DNA of 64,000 nucleotides from Anaeramoeba ignava BMAN (taxonomy: Eukaryota; Protista; Anaeramoebae), in contig JAPDFW010000067.1 in assembly GCA_028826165.1 (NCBI GenBank), positions 406,366 through 470,365 of the forward strand, written 5' to 3'. The notes beneath the pieces were generated by a model. It was not told where the DNA came from, made no database searches, and saw only the letters and a program-made list of their open reading frames with translations. Shown here piece by piece: positions 1 to 15,263 of the stretch. The position numbers and the translations under genes are program-made. How positions within the stretch are numbered: the first letter of the stretch is position 1; each line of letters starts with the position of its first letter.

Positions 1-3000
1 GTGGATAATGAGACTCAAGAATAAGTATCACTTGCAACAAGCTATTGATCGTGTTGATGCTGTTTGATTGATGGACTAAATATAAGATCACCTCTCTAAT
101 TTTCGGTATTTTGGAAAGAATATCTCTGAAAATGATATTCTGCGAAATTAAATTGGAAAAACATTTTGTTGTGATTTCGCTAAAATAGATTGTTTTCACA
201 AGATCAAGACTTGAGATGAATGATTTCAAATGCTGAATTTTCGCCGACTCATTCCTTTCAGTCACTATCACATTCTCGATCAATTTCACAATTTGATTCC
301 CGATTTCGTGAACTTGCTTAGTCGTGAGTTGGATTTTGTCTGGTTCGTTTTTGTTGGAATCTTGAGTGTTTTTCTGCGAATTTATTGTATTCAGCAGAAT
401 GTCGTAGAAATAGAAAATATTCACCAAATCAAAGAACACAATTGATAAAAACGATTTCTGTTTCTTTTTGATAAACTCATTTTCATCGATTATTTCTTTG
501 ATTTGTTTCTTGAAGTTTTTCTGGGATATTTTCCTCTCTTTTCTCGGTGTGTTCGGCTCTAAATCAACTTCCGATGTTTCTCCGCTAATAGACGGTCCTT
601 GTGAAGATGAAATTCCAGATGTTTCAGATTTTTCGTTTGTCAGATTGATGGAAATGTAATCCGAAAGAATTTGAATAAAGGATTTGTGGAAATTGAAGCT
701 GAAATGAGAAAAAATGTTCAAATCAAGAAGAAACTCGTTTTTCAGAATTCGCAGTGTTTTTTTTTCTGTAGTTAAAAGAAGCAAATTTTTCACAAGAGCA
801 AAAATTTCATTCTCAAATTCTTTAAAAGAGGTGTTTCTGAATATGTTATTTAAGAACGAGAATCCATGCTTTTTTTTCATATCTTTGCGGAATTCTTTTT
901 GCATGAAAATGGCAACAAATAATTGGCATAATTCACCAAATATTTTTATATTCATTTTGTTATCGTTATTATTGTTATTATTGCTATTGTTATTATTATT
1001 ATTTTCATTTTCATTAAAATCTACACCAATTCCAATATCAATATCATTTGCAATTTTAAGAAATCTGTCTTGAATGATCTTGTTGGTATTATTCAGACTA
1101 AATTCCTGTTGTTTGTTTGTTTTTTTGATGTGGTAACTCAATTCAATAAAAAAAGAAATAAAAGGATGAGAACCTCCAACAGCTACTAAATGTCTCGCTG
1201 CTGGAGATAAACAACAAGGAAAAACATCATTAGATTTGGCTCCATTTTCTAATTGCACAAAATCATTTTGCTTGGCTAATAACTGACCCTGAATATCTTT
1301 TGGATGCAATGCAAAAACCAAACTGAGCATCACGTTTTTAAATAATGTCTTTGCAGATGGACCAATATGGTTTGTTTGGGTTTCGTCAAGAAAACAATAT
1401 GGATAAAGAGCATAAATTGATGAAAGTTCTTTTTCTGATAAAGATTTTTTGAAAACAAAAACGGGACCAATACTCCCATAAAATGTTCTTTTTTTCTCAT
1501 CAAACATTTCGGGATTTTTCGCTAAAAATGGATTTTGTGCACCAACAAAGTTATGAATGAATATTTTTTTGGGCATTTCTGGGCATTTCAATTTGATTGT
1601 TTCATTGAATTGATCATTAACAAATAAATTCACTCTTTCAGAATTTTGAGACGCACTTTTCTGTGTTAAAGCAATAAAATTCCATCCATTTTCGCTAATC
1701 ATATTTTGTGGGATTATAAAAGTATTTTTTATTACTGGTTTGCTTTTGGAATGAATTTTGAATGTAAATGTGATCGTATAATTCGGTTGTTGTTTCATTT
1801 CAATTTGATTCAAATCGTTTTCGTCTTGCCTAAAATGGATATATAATTGAAAACCTTCTGATTGACTACTTGCAAACCCAAAAATCCTTGGTTTGTAATT
1901 TTGGTTGATATGAGAATAAGACGAGAATTTTTCGAATTTGAACCAAGTGCAAAATGTAAACTCGAGATTTAATTCTTTCTTGATTTCTGGGAGTTGAATA
2001 TACGAGTCTTTGGAATAGAAATCAAAAAAATCCAAATTTTGGTTTGATTTTCGAGAAAGCAAAGAAGTTAAGCTTTTGGAATAAATAAAAGCAAGTTTTT
2101 GGTTAAATTTTTGGAGGTGTTTGGTTAGTAATTTCATCTCCGTTTTGAGTTCGTAGGATGTGATCCAAATTGATCCCAAAAGAGAAATAAAAGACAAGAT
2201 TTTTTCCAAAATTTTTAAATTAGTTATTTTTGGAGCAAGCTCAAGAACGAAAGTGATTATTCCTCCATAACAACATCGAAGGATATTTTGGATTGATTGT
2301 TTGCATATTTTTTGGAATGTCTCGATAATTTCAAGAAAAATGACTTCGTGTTCAGGAGATTTTGAGATTATAGAAAAAATCAGTTTTAAAAAATCAGGGT
2401 TTTCGATTATATATTTGTCTCTAATAGCAAAATCTTTTCTCATCACCATTTTTATTAGAATTTGGTAAACTGTTCTTGGATTCACATTTTCAGGAAATAC
2501 ACCAATTACATCTACAAAGGCATCAAATCCAATAACTTTTTTGAATTTCTCGATATTTTCTGGGTTTTGGTAGATTAGATCAGAGAATAATGTTAGAATG
2601 TCAAGGAACAATTTTCCTCTTGATTCTTTCATAACTAACAAAGTGACTAAATTTGTGAGTAATTCTATTTCGAAAAAGATTTTTTGAAGAGGTTTTCGAT
2701 TTTGTTGTATTGCATTTGAGAATAATTTTAAAATCATTTTTGTTGGTTTTTCATTTTCATTTAAATTTTGATTTTCATTTTCATTTTCATTTTCATTTTC
2801 ATTTTCATTTGAATTATTTAAATTTTGATTTTCATTTAAATTATTTAAATTTTGATTTTCATTTAAATTTTGATTTTGATTTTGATTTTGATTTAAATTA
2901 TTTTCATTTTCATTTTCATTTAAAGATTTTCATTTTCATTTAAATTATTTTCATTTTCATTTAGATTTTCATTTAAATTTTCATTTAAATTATTGATTTT

Positions 3001-6000
3001 AATTGATGGGAGTGATTTTTCGCGAATAAATATTTCTGAAATGATTTGATTAAAAAAAGGTAGAATATTCATTTCATGATAATTGTTTGGAATCTTTTTC
3101 ATCATTTCAGATAAATGATAATGTGCAAATGCTTTAGTTTTTGGGTAGAAAATCCAGGATAGAAGCATTTCATATGTTTCTGGGTGATTGAATAAACGCA
3201 AATGATTTTTCTTATAACATAAGAATACATGGAAAATTCCCATAACTTTTGAGAAATATTTATCATTATTTGGAGATGAGGAGAGCAAATGAGAAAGAAT
3301 AGTTGTGAAAGTTTCAAACCCATTCATTTTAGATAATCTATTGATGGCTTTTTTCACGTTCTGGGTAAAAATATAAGACAATATTTTGATCCAAAATGAT
3401 AATATGGAGAAATTGTCTATATTTTCTGTTGCAAAATCGTTTAAATCATAAATGGAAATGGGGCTGTTTAAAATCAATTCTGAAGATATTTTAGTGAGCA
3501 ATATTGATAAACATTTGCGAGATGAAACAAATTTTGGATCGTTTTTTGTGTTAAATTGGGGATCGAATAGAAAGTAATTCGAAAGAAAAACTTTCCAAAA
3601 TAGTTTCGGATAAATAGTTTTCCAGTCATCAGGTTGGAAATTCTTTTCGAATTCAAACAAAATATAGAATTGAAGAGCAGGATATTCATTGTTCAGTATT
3701 TGGAGACTTTTTTTAACTAATGGAGGATCATTCTCGAATGAAGAGAATATATCAATGTAAATGTAAAAAAATCTCTGAAGAAATGAAGAGACTATTTCTT
3801 TTGCTGATAATTTTGGAGTAATTTGACTTTTTTCTTGATTAATTTCGAATCTTTTTAGTGATTGAGAAATGTAGTTGCCTAATAAAGTTGATTTTTGAGA
3901 GAATTCAGTGTTTATAAACAACCGGAACTTTTGGAATAATTCATCAATATAAGGTTCAGATGGATATTTGTTTTGGGCTCGATTTTGTTGTTCTTTATTG
4001 ATAAAATATGATGGTTTAATAAATCCAGATATTTCTTGTGATCTTGAGAAATCAAAGTTTTCAAGGGAAATTATTTTTTTTGGATGAAGATTTTCTTGAG
4101 GTTTTTGAACTAAGAAAATGAATAAATTTAAGAATAACAATAAGAAGTTAAAAAAAAAATTAAGTTTTCTTGCAATAAATAAAAACAAAATATACTTTGA
4201 TTATCATTATTATTGATTTGGTTTGGGTTTCCAGTCTTTTTTTGATTTTTTTTCTGAATTAAAAAGTTGCTTAATTTAATGAAAGCCCAATGTGCAAATT
4301 CTCTTAAATTATGAATCACATTACAATTTGCTGCAAATTCTTCAATTCCAAAATCTTTGAGTAAATTTAAAAGGAAATTCATGCTAGTATTAAATAATTG
4401 GAATTCCAAGTGATTTAAAGTAAATTTTTCTATAAGATGATTTTCTTGAATGGTTAAATTAGAATAAGATGATTCTAATTTAATTGTTTTTCTAGAAGCA
4501 ATTTCGAAATGGAAAAATTTTGTTTTGTAATAATCCGAAAGTGAATTTTCATAAACAGAAAATGATTCCAATTCATTTTGTTTTAAATTTAAATTTAAAT
4601 TTTGATTTTGATTTTGATTTCGAGTTATCCCAAGATTTGGAAGAGATGAATTTGGTTGTTTGAAAAAATTAAATAATAGTTTCACAATATTTGCTTCATC
4701 TTCTTCAGAATAAATCTCTAAATTTGTTAATTTCTCCAAAATATCCAAATGAGTTAATAACAGATCATATTGTTTTCTTGTGAAAAGAAATGATTCTCTG
4801 AGTTTTAGCATTTCTTCAAAACACTCTAAATAGAGAAAAGGTAATTCCATGTAAATTTGTTTTATAAAAAAGCAAAATGAATATTACCTAATAATGATGA
4901 TACTAATTTTTGATTTTTTGCTTCAGTTAACATCTCTCTTGGAGGAAGAACTTCATGAATTTTAAAAAATTTAGAAATTATATCCAAAACTTGTGTGTGA
5001 ATAAATTGAACCATAAAAAGGTTATTAACTGCAATTTCTGGTTTTGTTTTCTTTAAGAAAAATTGAATAGAATAAAATTATATTATTATATATTTTCTTT
5101 TCTTTTTCCAAGAAAATAAATGATACTCTTTGAATTTGGATAATATTGATGATTTGAGTTATTAATTTAATATAAGAAATCAATATTTCTAAAACATTAA
5201 AACAACGAAGAATAGTTCTATTGTATTTTGATCTTGATAAAATTGAGATCATTTGAAGAGAGCGAAGTGAATTGAAATCGATTTCTTTTGAAATTTTAAA
5301 TGATTTTCTAATTTCAAGGTGATCAAATTGTGAATATTTTTGTACATTATTATTTAATTCTTCTTTTTCCATTTCTGTTTCTCCAAATTCATTTGATTCT
5401 TGAGATAAATCTGAAGTTGTTTCTAGATTTTCTTCAAAGTCTAATAGATTTATATTTTGATTTATATTTATATTTTGATTTTGATTTTGATTTTGATTTT
5501 GATTTTGATTTTGATTTTGATTTTGATTTTCATTTTGATTTTCATTTTGATTTTGATTTTGATTTTCATTTTCATTTTGATTTTCATTTTGTTTTTGATT
5601 TTCATTTTGTTTTTGATTTTCATTTTGATTTTCATTTAAATTTTGATTTTGATTTTCATTTTGATTTTCATTTAAATTTTGATTTTCATTTAAATTTTGA
5701 TTTTGATTTTGATTTTGATTTTGATTTTGATTTTGATTTTGATTTTGATTTTGATTTTGATTTTGATTTTGATTTTGATTTTGATTTTGATTTTGATTTT
5801 GATTTTGATTTAGATTTTGATTTTGATTTATAAAATCTATTTTAAAAATTAAAGATAAATTATTTTAATTTTTAAATTTAATTTCCTAAATAAAAAAAAA
5901 CACAGAAAATATTAAATTACTCGAAATTGAAGAAAATGAAAAGCAATCATATGTAATAATAGAATTTATTAATTGTAAAGGATGAGCTGAATGATTTTCA

Positions 6001-6358
6001 ATAGCAGAAATAATTTCTTCAGAAATTAATTCACGTTGATATTTTAAATCATCAGGTAATAATTCAAAATCAAAAATATCAGTTTTTTCTTGAGGAGGAT
6101 ACCAATTAAAATAATTTTCAATAAATAAAGGAACAAATTGCTTCATTTTCTCAACAATTTCAAACTATTTTTATTAATTTTAATTTTATAAATTAATTTT
6201 TATTTTAATTTTTATATTAATTTAAAACAAACTCCAGTATTTTTTGGATTAAATTCTTTCCAAATTTGATGAAGAGTTTCATTTTTTTCAAAATAATTTG
6301 TTTCTAAATCATTTCTTTTTTCAAGATTTTTTGATACTTCTAAAAAAAGTTGTAACAT
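1..6358 (-). CDS. Neurobeachin/BEACH-family-like large protein, 5' part (ARM-like helices + ConA/laminin-G-like domain); multi-exon, continues beyond the left edge
   Basis: ATG at 6358 (MLQLFLEVSK...), followed by GT-AG introns linking ORFs 5886-6146, 5025-5372, 4128-4850 and 2920-4188. My translation of ~2900->1 is open (not in the ORF track): FTFCTWFKFE...PRIFGFAS...GWNFIALTQ...FYGSIGPVFVF...LVFALHP, the pattern of the ConA-like domain of NBEA/LYST-type proteins. The BEACH domain itself is not in the window. One apparent +1 frameshift near 2922. Confidence 0.6.
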
Positions 6359-6740
6359 TTTGAAAGAAAGAAAAAGTTAAAAAAAAATAAAAAATGAAAA
6401 AAAAAATAAAAAATGAAAAAAAAGGAAAATAGCAAAAAAAAAAAAAAATTTTTTAAAATAAAAAAAAAGAGGAATTTGTTTTGTTTTGTTTTTTTATTTG
6501 AAAGAAAGAAAGAAAAAAAGAAAGAAAGAAAGAGAATTAAATTTGATTTTAGTTTTTGAATTTGATTTTAAATTTTGATTTTTGAATTTAATTTTGAATT
6601 TAATTTTAATTTTAAATTTAATTTTGAATTTAATTTTAAATTTTGATCTTAATTTAAATTTTGAATTTAAATTTTGTTTTTGTTTTTGTTTTTGTTTTAA
6701 TTTTAATTTTGATTTAATTTTGATTTAATTTTAATTTGAA

Positions 6741-9700
6741 TTATTTGCATTTCTCAAGGAAGATATTCCTAAATAACATATAGAAAAAGATAATAAGAGC
6801 ATAAAAAGAAGAAAGAGCTCCAAGTGCATAAACAAAATAGGTAAGACCGTTATTAACGTCTTTCGTTGGTTGCTTAAGAAGAGACACACCTCCATAAGAC
6901 CAACCAGCTTGTATAACTGTCAAAGAGGAGAAAAAAGTGAGCGCCATTAAAGAAACAGTTTGCAGAAAATTGTGGAAATTGGAAACGAAAGGTTTAGTTT
7001 GAAAATGGATCAACGCAATCAACAGACAAAAAGTGGAAACGATATATGCTTTCAAAACAGGCTCGTTGATCAAAATGAAGACGACAATCAAAGCAATTCG
7101 CCACCCAATCATAAGAGCACTATACCAATAGTATTTGTCCTTAAAAGGGAAATAAAGTGGGGATAAAATGGTGAAAACTCTACGAGATTTTTTGAATTTT
7201 TTCAAGATGAAGAAGAGAACCAACGGGAATGCGCATACAATAATGGTGAATATGATTGCAATGATTTGACCTGTGGTATAGCATTTGATTTCTCCGTCAC
7301 GGAACATGCGCAACTCCTCACCAGAAGCAAATTTGATTTTAATGCAATAAGTCAATTCAAGAAGAGTTTTAAGGATAATAAAATGGCTCATGATTCCGAG
7401 CGTTAGAAGACCCACAAGTAGACGCTTGCCTAGTGAATATGATGGATATGGTGGCCCTTTCATGTCTCGTTGTTCTTTGAGTCTTTCAATGAGTTCTCCA
7501 AAACCACCTTCGTCTTCTGAAGAAAGATTCAATTTCTGCAATTCCGGATAAATTTTCATCAATTTATCAATATTGATATCCTTAATATCAACATCAGCCA
7601 AGTCGGAGAGATCCTCGTCATTAGCGAGAGTTGGAAGCGAGGATGTGTCGCTATCAGGGTTGTTGTCTATGTTTTTATTTTGTGAATCTGGAGGGATCAC
7701 ATTCTCAGAAATTTGTTGTTCTGCGCGTTGCCATTTCGCAATTTCTGAGTCTGAGATGAGCTTTTGATCAGGAATTGTATTGTTATCCTTATCCTTCTCT
7801 TGATCCTCAATAAGTTTATCTTTGTCACCAAAATCAAGCTGTTTATTTTCATTCTCATTTTCATTTTCATTCTCATTTTCATTTTCCAAATTTTTTGAGT
7901 TTTTTCCACGAAGTAATTGAATGAGTTTTATGAGTAAAAAAACAAAAATGATAGCAAGAATAAACACGATCGGCCCGATAAGTTGCATGAGTATTTTCTG
8001 GACTGCATTGAGAGATTTGGCGGGACATGCACCTGCATCTCCGAAGATTGCGAGGTTTGTTTGGAGATTAAAAAGTGCCGAGAAGGAATCCAAAATTTCA
8101 CCGAGAGCCACAAAGGGATTTTCGACGATGGAGGGGAGAACGATCATCAAGACCTGGAAGAAATGCATGAAGATGTGGAAATGGGCGGTTTTCATCTGGG
8201 GAATATAGAGGAGGATAATAGCATAAAACAAGGCTTTTGGGAGAGCCAATGCAATATAAACACCTGAATCCGAACTACATTTTGTTTTCTCAACACATTC
8301 TCCACTTGGGTTAAGGGTTTCTGTATATCCGTCCTTGCATTTTCCACAAAGAATACCCTCACGGTTATTTCCACATTCGTTGTAAAGATGAAGATCCTCT
8401 TCCTTTTTCACTGTGCAATATCCGAACGGACAAAAATAAAATTTTAATGATCCTTGATAATCAGTTTGAACTCCCCAATAGTCACTGTTAGCTCTTACAT
8501 CAGAACCCCCAAGACAAATCCCTCCAAGTGGACAATCGAAGCACGGCTCAGTCTCCAAAGATTCTAACCCCGTTGCGAAGTTGTATGTATCTATTGGGCA
8601 TCTTTTGCATTCGAAAACAAGTTGCTTTTCAAATTGGAAATGTGTTTCCTCTTTGGCTTCCCAATTGTTTTCAATGGGACATTGCAGAAGTTTTAATGAA
8701 GTTGAAATCAAGGAAGAATCATCTGTTAGAATTTCCATGAAAATGGTATCATTTTGGTCTGTTTTAATGACAATATTGTTCATCTGGAAAATTTTTGTAA
8801 TTCTGGAAAAAATAGTGGAAACAATTTCGCCCGAATTTCCATCATAAACAGAACCATCATCGAAGAAGTTGCCATCACCAGTAAGGAAGATTGCACCGCC
8901 TTGGATCGCAGTATTGTTGCTAAATTGGTTTTTGCTAAATGTGATATTGCAATTTCTAATGTCGAAATAGAGAGAACCTCCAAGTTTCCCATTGTTATTC
9001 TCAAACACATTCTGTTGGAATACAAGAACATCCTCGTTGACTGAGGTAGAGTAACTCTGTTCAATAGTAGATATCATTTGGAATGATGCTGCTCCATAGA
9101 AACCTTCATTATAGGTGAAGTTATTGCTGTCAAATTGATAAGTCACTTTTTGGAGTTTATTGAAAACAATCGACAATGCTGCTGTTCTTGTTGATCCTTT
9201 GTTCATGAAAAAAGTGTTATTTGTGAAGCTTGTCGAAAATATGGTACTTTGTGAGTGGCGGATACCCATTGCGCCATTGAATTCCGCTGAATTTTTGGAG
9301 AAATAATTGTCCACAAATTCAGTATTTAATTGCTTGTTTTTTAAATTATCTTCAATATAAAATGCTCCATAAGTTTTTCCGTTATTATTAATAAAGCTTG
9401 TGTTTTCGAGATATAAGCTCACTGCTGTTTGAACTTGATTGATTTGCAGATAAATTGCACCAATGTCTCCAATGTTAGAAATAAATTGGTTCCCATTTAT
9501 TCTCATTTCTGAATTGCTTGTTGTGGTATCCTCCACAATATAAACACTTCCTGCTCCATTAAAGCTATTATTATTGCTTTGAAACAAACTTGATATAATT
9601 TCAATTTCTTGTGCATTTTCTATATAAATTGCTCCTGAATATGTTGCACTTGAATTCTCATTTGTAATTTCAATTGAATTTCCATAAATTTCGCATGAAT

Positions 9701-12700
9701 CAATGGTTATGTTTGTGTTTGTAGCATGGATAACTGGTGCTAATATTGTCGATATTGATGTGTTTGCTTTGCAATTTCTCAAAATAGTATTCTGGATCGT
9801 TAGTGATCCTGAAGATCCTGGAAATTCTGTTTTCATCCACCAATTGTGATTACAATCAATTATAGGTTTAAATGCTGGATTTTTTGCTGTGAAAATTAAT
9901 GATTTTGTTAATGTGAGTTGATTATCATTTGGTGACGAATATGTCCCGTTATTTATCAAAATTGTGAAACCTTCTGATGCTTTTGTTATTCCTTCTTTTA
10001 GTGTTTTGCATGGAAAATCTATGCTCAGACAATCATTTTGGTCATTCCCATTAGTGGAAACATATATTTGTGCTTTTGTTTCATATGTTAGTAGAAATAG
10101 GATTATCAAAATTTTGAAGAACCAACTAATTAAAACAAATTTTATTATTTATAATTTAATTTATAATTTAATTTATAATTTTATTTATATTTTTATTTAT
10201 AATTTTATTTATAATTTTATTTATAATTTAATTTATAATTTTAATTTATAATTTAATTTATAATTTTATTTATAATTTAATTTATAATTTTATTTATATT
10301 TTTATTTATAATTTAATTTATAATTTTTATTTATAATTTTATTTATAATTTTATTTATAATTTAATTTATAATTTTAATTTATAATTTTATTTATTTTAT
10401 TTATAATTTTAATTTATAATTTTATTTATATTTTAATTTATAATTTAATTTATAATTTTATTTATAATTTAATTTATAATTTTATAATTTAATTTATAAT
10501 TTTATTTATAATTTTATTTATTTAATTTATAATTTTATTTATAATTTTATTAATATTTTTATTTATATAATTTTATTTATATTTTTATTTTATAATTTAA
10601 TTTTTATTTTTAATTTAATTTATAATTTTTATTTTATAATTTTTATTTATATTTTATTTTATAATTTTTATTTATAATTTATATTTTATAATTTTATTTA
10701 TAATTTTATTTATAATTTTTATTTATAATTTTATTTATAATTTTATTTATAATTTTATTTATAATTTTATTTATAATTTTATTTATAATTTTATTTATAA
10801 TTTTATTTATATTTTTATTTATAATTTTAATTTATAATTTTATTTATAATTTTAATTTATATTTTAATTTATAATTTTAATTTATAATTTTATTTATAAT
10901 TTAATTTATAATTTAATTTATAATTTTAATTTATAATTCAATTTATAATTTTTTTATATTTTTATTTTTATTTATAATTTTAATTTATAATTTTATTTAT
11001 AATTTAATTTATAATTTTTATTTATAATTTTATTTATAATTTTATTTATAATTTTATTTATAATTTTATTTATAATTTTTATTTATAATTTTATTTATAA
11101 TTTTATTTTATAATTTTATTTATAATTTTATTTATAATTTTATTTATAATTTTATTTATAATTTTATTTTTATAATTTTATTTATAATTTTATTTTATTT
11201 TATTTATAATTTTAATTTATAATTTTTATTTATAATTTTATTTTATAATTTAATTTTATTTTTATTTATAATTTTATTTATAATTTTAATTTATAATTTT
11301 ATTTATAATTTTATTTATAATTTTTATTTATAATTTTAATTTATAATTTTATTTATATTTTAATTTATAATTTTATTTTATAATTTAATTTTATTTTAAT
11401 TTATAATTTTAATTTATAATTTTATTTATAATTTTAATTTTTATAATTTTATTTATAATTTTAATTTATAATTTTTATTTATAATTTTATTTTATAATTT
11501 TATTTATAATTTTATTTATAATTTTATTTATAATTTAATTTTATTTTTATTTATAATTTTATTTATAATTTTATTTATAATTTTATTTATAATTTTAATT
11601 TATAATTTTATTTTAATTTTATTATAATTTAATTTATAATTTAATTTATAAATTTATAATTTTATTTATAATTTTAATTTATAATTTTATTTATAATTTT
11701 ATTTATAATTTTATTTATAATTTTATTTATAATTTTAATTTATAATTTTATTTATAATTTTATTTATAATTTTTATTTATAATTTTATTTTATAATTTTA
11801 TTTTTAATTTTTATTTTATATTTTTTATTTATAATTTAATTTTTTTATTTAATTTATAATTTAATTTATAATTTTATTTATAATTTTATTTATAATTTAA
11901 TTTATAATTTTATTTATAATTTAATTTATATTTTTATTTATATTTTTATTTTAATTTTATTTTTATATTTTATTTTAATTTTATTTTATAATTTTAATTT
12001 ATAATTTTATTTATAATTTAATTTATAATTTTTTTTTTTTATTTTTATTTATAATTTTATTTATAATTTTAATTTATATTTTTTATTTATAATTTTATTT
12101 ATAATTTTATTTTATAATTTTATTTTGTAATTTTATTTATAATTTTTATTTATAATTTAATTTATAATTTAATTTATAATTTTATTTATAATTTTATTTT
12201 ATATTTTATTTTATTATTTTATTTATAATTTTATTTATAATTTTATTTATAATTTTATTTATAATTTAATTTATAATTTTATTTATAATTTAATTTATAA
12301 TTTTATTTATAATTTAATTTATAATTTTTTATATTTTTATTTATAATTTAATTTATAATTTTATTTATATTTTAATTTATAATTTTATTTATATTTTTAT
12401 TTATAATTTAATTTATATTTTTATTTTATAATTTTTTATTTATAATTTATAATTTTATTTATAATTTTATTTATATTTTAATTTATAATTTTATTTATAT
12501 TTAATTTTAATTTATATTTTTATTTATAATTTTAATTTTATTTATATTTTAATTTATAATTTTATTTATAATTTTAATTTATATTTTAATTTATATTTTT
12601 AATTTATAATTTTATTTATAATTTTTATTTATAATTTTATTTTATATTTTAATTTATATTTTAATTTATAATTTTATTTATAATTTTATTTATAATTTTA

Positions 12701-15015
12701 TTTATAATTTTAATTTATAATTTTATTTATAATTTTATTTATAATTTAATTTATAATTTTAATTTATAATTTTATTTATAATTTTAATTTATAATTTTAT
12801 TTTAATTTTTTTTATTTATATTTTAATTTATAATTTTATTTATAATTTTATTTTATAATTTTAATTTATATTTTAATTTATAATTTTATTTATAATTTTA
12901 TTTATAATTTTAATTTATAATTTTTATTTATAATTTTTATTTATAATTTTTATTTATAATTTAATTTATAATTTTAATTTATAATTTTATTTATAATTTT
13001 ATTTTATGAATTTATTTTTATTTTTTATTTTTAATTTTATAATTTTATTTATAATTTAATTTATAATTTTAATTTATATTTTTTTTTTTTAATTTATATT
13101 TATATTTATAATTTATATTTATAATTTAATTTATAATTTTAATTTATAATTTTAATTTATAATTTTATTTATAATTTTTATTTATAATTTAATTTATAAT
13201 TTTATTTATAATTTTATTTATATTTTTATTTATAATTTTATTTATAATTTTATTTATAATTTAATTTATAATTTTATTTATAATTTAATTTATAATTTTT
13301 ATTTTATAATTTAATTTATAATTTTATTTTTATTTTTATTTTTTTTATTTATAATTTTTATTTATAATTTTAATTTATAATTTTATTTATAATTTTAATT
13401 TATAATTTTTAATTTATAATTTTATTTATAATTTTATTTATAATTTTAATTTATAATTTTATTTATAATTTTATTTTAATTTTTAATTTATAATTTTATT
13501 TATAATTTTTATTTATAATTTTATTTATAAATTTAATTTATAATTTAATTTATAATTTAATTTATAATTTTATTTATAATTTAATTTATAATTTAATTTA
13601 TAATTTAATTTATATTTAATTTATAATTTTATTTATAATTTAATTTATAATTTTAATTTATAATTTTTATTTATAATTTTTATTTATATATTTTATTTAT
13701 AATTTTTTTATTTATAATTTTTTTTTATAATTTAATTTATTATTTTAATTTATAATTTTAATTTATATTTTTATTTTATAATTTTATTTATAATTTTATT
13801 TATAATTTTTATTTATAATTTTAATTTATAATTTTATTTATAATTTTAATTTATAATTTAATTTATAATTTTATTTATAATTTAATTTATAATTTAATTT
13901 ATAATTTTTATTTATAATTTTATTTATAATTTTATTTATAATTTTATTTATAATTTTATTTATAATTTAATTTATTTTTATTTTAATTTTTATTTATAAT
14001 TTTTATTTTTATAATTTAATTTATAATTTTATTTATAATTTTAATTTATAATTTTATTTATAATTTTTATTTTTATAATTTTATTTATATTTTTATTTAT
14101 AATTTTAATTTATAATTTTATTTTATAATTTTATTTATAATTTTATTTTATAATTTTATTTATAATTTATTTTTTTTAATTTTATAATTTTATTTATAAT
14201 TTTATTTATAATTTTATTTATAATTTTTATTTATAATTTAATTTTATAATTTTATTTATAATTTTATTTATAATTTTATTTATAATTTTATTTATAATTT
14301 TTATTTATAATTTAATTTATAATTTTATTTATATATTTTTTATTTATAATTTTATTTATAATTTTATTTATAATTTTATTTATAATTTTATTTATAATTT
14401 TTAATTTATAATTTTAATTTATAATTTATTTTTATTTATTTATAATTTTATTTATATTTTTATTTATAATTTTATTTATAATTTTATTTATAATTTTATT
14501 TATAATTTTTATTTATAATTTAATTTATAATTTTATTTATATTTAATTTATAATTTAATTTATATTTAATTTATAATTTTATTTATAATTTAATTTTATT
14601 TTTATTTTATAATTTTTAATTTATATTTTAATTTATATTTTTATTTATAATTTAATTTATAATTTAATTTATAATTTTATTTATAATTTAATTTTTATAT
14701 TTTTAATTTATATTTTTATTTATAATTTTATTTATAATTTTATTTATAATTTTTATTTATAATTTTTATTTATAATTTAATTTATAATTTTATTTATAAT
14801 TTTATTTATAATTTTATTTATAATTTTATTTATAATTTTATTTATAATTTTATTTATAATTTAATTTATAATTTTATTTATAATTTTATTTATAATTTAA
14901 TTTATAATTTAATTTATAATTTAATTTATAATTTTATTTATAATTTTATATATAATTTATTTATAATTTAATTTATAATTTTATTTATTATTTGGATTAA
15001 GAACATTCTTTTCAT
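6741..15015 (-). CDS. Signal peptide + pectin-lyase-like right-handed beta-helix repeats + Cys-rich linker + multi-pass (about 7-9 TM) membrane receptor-like protein; exons 15015-15005 and 10125-6741
   Basis: 1122-aa ORF with YVSTNGND..C..PCKTL start, repeated F..N....GGAI motifs, CxxCP..C.GG...YW...CP.GYC Cys-rich block and hydrophobic C-terminal helices. The ORF-track start is TTG. Splicing ATGAAAAGAAT|GT...AG|TTGGTTC gives MKRIWFFKILIILFLLTYETKAQ, a normal signal peptide. Confidence 0.75.
10140..14990. repeat. ~4.85-kb degenerate AT satellite (unit ~11-12 bp, TTTATAATTTTA / TTTATAATTTAA), intronic
   Basis: Directly visible; only a handful of G/C bases in the whole tract. Confidence 0.97.
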
Positions 15016-15263
15016 CTATTTGTAATTTTTTTTTATTAGAAAATAAATTTAAATTTTTTTTTACTTTTGATTCTTAAAGAATTGCATTATTAATTAATTA
15101 ATTAATTGACTAATGAAACTATGAGAAATTAGAAAAAAAAAAGAAAAGAGAAATTAGAAAAAAATGAAAAAGAAAAAAATGAATAAAAAATTAAAAAAGG
15201 AGAAAATATTTTTTTTTTCATTTTTTCTCTTTTTTTTTCTTTCATTTTCTTTATAAAAATAAA

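Noticed and set aside
6960-9064. Short overlapping or antisense ORFs within the receptor gene (similar ones lie inside the FG-GAP, actin and Prp16 genes)
   Set aside because: Shadow frames of long genuine CDSs with no recognisable motifs.
10140-14990. The AT satellite as a telomere or centromere
   Set aside because: It has no G-rich telomeric unit and is better explained as an intron with in-phase GT-AG ends; a centromeric role cannot be assessed from sequence.
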